Shown here piece by piece: positions 61,349 through 64,000 of a stretch of 64,000 nucleotides of DNA; positions within the stretch are counted from its first letter, which is position 1, and each line of letters opens with the position of its first letter. The translations under genes were made by a program, and so were the position numbers. Where the stretch lies: assembly GCA_051362555.1 (NCBI GenBank), contig CM120640.1:45610788-45674787 (forward strand), in the 5' to 3' direction. The notes under the pieces are model-generated. The model did no database searches. It saw only the letters and a program-made list of their open reading frames with translations, and was not told the origin of the DNA. The DNA comes from Lingula anatina. Lineage: Eukaryota > Animalia > Brachiopoda.

Positions 61349-64000
61349 CTGAAATAGGAGGTGAATATTCATAAGTGACTTAAGAAATACACTGTGACCT
61401 TTGACCTCAGTGCCCCTGGATCCATTAAGACAACAAGCCGTGTTCACAACCTGGTCTATTATAGGTTCTAACTATAACATATCACCAGACATCACCAGAT
61501 GACATTGCTATAGGGTCCCTTTTTATCCTTCTGTGATTATGGCTTCTGAGTGCAGCTATGTTTCAGTTCTTCACAATGGCAATTATGATATTATTAAACA
61601 GATGCAGTCCCCAAAACATGGATAGATCATGTTGGGCATGCAAATGCATGCATGACTTAATGACAAAACATAAAATTCATACATTTGTTACTCTGAACTG
61701 TGAACTTATTATGATACACGTACCCATGACATGACTATAATGCATGTTTTACAATTAATTAAAGTATACATTGAAACATGCTTAAAAACTATAAAATTGT
61801 ACCACAAATACGGGGAATTTATCAATAATTTTACTTTTATTTTTAGAATCATTAGTAATGATGCTTACAAAGACAAGAACTGATCAAACAAAACTTAAGG
61901 ATCAAAGCATCTCAATTAGCATAAAAAAACATAAGGAATAATGAACTAAAAACAAAATATATCAGACTTGCATGGACTCTCCTGTATTAATTTTATAACT
62001 TTGCTTAAGTTTGATTATTCCTGTGGAGTTCCCACTCCTCCCCACCCAATAATAAAGACAAGCTAAACTGTGTTACTCAGTCACTGCCAGTTGATGAGAA
62101 ATCAAATAAATATACTGATGAAAATACTGTCAAAAATAATACGACTAGACAGTAGATTGTGAAATATGCGCACTGTTACGAAGACTGCCATTTACTTGCT
62201 GGCTTTAAAACAATACCCCAGTCAAAGACACAGAAAAAAAATCTTTTTTTCCATAATCACATGCATGCAGCATTTATTTGTAAAGGCATGATGTACCCTG
62301 GCACCAAAGTATATACATATAAGCACAATCCAATGATACATCTGTAACATCATTCCATTTTTTAAATTATCAGCCACAGCGCAATTTTTTCATGTGCAAA
62401 CAAGCATAATTGCATAATATTTTGACATTTATGGATTATAGTTCTTTATATAATTCTATATATATGATATACTGATTTAATCAAAAGCAAAACACTATAA
62501 TTTTATAATCAAATTGAACATTGGTGAACAATTAAGGTCAGATATGAGTACAAGATATTATAGCACTAAGTGTGAGTGATGGCATAATGGTGCATCTTAA
62601 ATCACTGGAAAATGTGTTCCTGTTCAAACTGTGGGTGATTGTGTGCCACACAAATTGCATCAGTCCATCACAGTATCTTCTCTTAAGTGTCATTCTGGAT
62701 GCTCCTTCCTAATCTAGCACAACAGCAGTGCAAGAAGAGTTCCCCATAAGGGAAAATATAAAGAGAGTATGTTTACATGTTTCCAAAAAGATGCATCTTA
62801 AATCATGTCAGAGGTTAAACAGACTGATATAGTCACACAAGTATTTGTGCTATTTGGGTGAATCAACACCCATCTTCTTGTATCAGCATGCAAAAACAAT
62901 GCAACACACAAAATTGCAACCCATTCTCAGACACCAGCATGCCATGTGGGTTATATATATAACCCTCCCTCCAGCCAAATGGGTTAGAAACACATTTCTA
63001 TAAACTGCTTTGCCTAGCTGGTATACCAACTGTACCAACATGCTATGATGTGAGTTAGATAGAACACACCCATGCTTTCTCCCGAATATGCCACTTCTTA
63101 GGTGTCATCCCCTTAGCAGCAGCTGAGTCTGGCCTGGCTGGATTAGTAAACATATTGTTGGCAAAAAATGATTTATTACCATGGAAATGCATTGAGTGAA
63201 CAATATTTTAACCTCGCAGGGCAAAAGACTAAGAGAGAACATTTTTCTGCTGGTGTCTGAGAAGGGGTCCTCAGGCGTCATGCTTTCTAGGTCACAATCT
63301 TGGATTCCGCTGGTCTATTGAAGATATCACGCATGGAAAGCAAAAACATGGTGTTATCATTATTTAATGTTTCCAGACTCTGGACAACTGTTTAGTAGCT
63401 GTTAATAAAATAAGGTCTTACTTTTTGCTTTATTCAGAGTGAATGGTAACTGAACAGCAGAAAAAGTGTATCTATTCAAAACCCCTCTGCCATAATATTT
63501 ACTGTTGTTTCTTGTCTAAAAATTCTTGGACACTTTGGTGCAGTCATACCCTTTCCTTAGTTCTTCATGCAATGAACACATGCACTCAATAGGATTACTT
63601 TGGTGCACTATGTTTAAAATACAGGAGTGCTAGACATTTATTTTTCTAGGGGTCTTTTTTTTTCTTTTTTTTTTTGAGAAAGTTCAGCATGAAATTTATC
63701 TTCTACTATGTAGGTGTCATTATAAGTAATTTTAATCAATTTTATCTTAATGTAATAAAAGGTCCAACTTCTCAGGGATTCAACATTCCATGATGCAACA
63801 CGAGTCCCTTTTTGGGCCCCTTTATAAATGTCTCACCTCACAAGGAGGTCAAAATATGCCCCATTAAGGCTGTTAATACTGTGAAAAGGTTTTAAGTCCA
63901 TACTTAAATTATCTAGAAAAATTTACAACATAAATACTGCAAAGTGTTAAAACTATAAAACTAGACAGTATATATATTTTTTTTATATTGCTGGAACACT

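Overview
AT-rich, intron-rich eukaryotic DNA from a lophotrochozoan invertebrate, probably a mollusc. The lineage is inferred from the RNCP-type vasopressin-family peptide and a HINE/pearl-like repeat; the species cannot be determined. I assembled four protein-coding genes by hand from splice signals and reading phase. (1) The 3' ten exons of a TRPC-family cation channel (+, 2838-13798). (2) An apparently complete 31-exon, ~2865-aa type I membrane protein (-, 36476-15446): signal peptide, 2x[F5/8C-EGF], LamG, mucin, LamG, VWD/VWDE-like region, EGF, TM and a Tyr-rich tail. (3) A three-exon oxytocin/vasopressin-neurophysin precursor (+, 40603-44928) encoding CYVRNCPLG-amide and ending in YEFGL. 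(4) The 3' WD40 exons of DMXL/rabconnectin-3 alpha (-, 61348-49304), including a U12-type intron. The window also holds an intact tRNA-Trp(CCA), a 3.4-kb long-TIR transposon relic, several MITEs (one nested in an older hairpin), a Helentron/HINE-like element with ~146-bp tandem repeats, and a 28-bp minisatellite that copies a neighbouring splice junction. Gene models are manual and not confirmed by transcripts. No database searches were run, so novelty claims are hypotheses.
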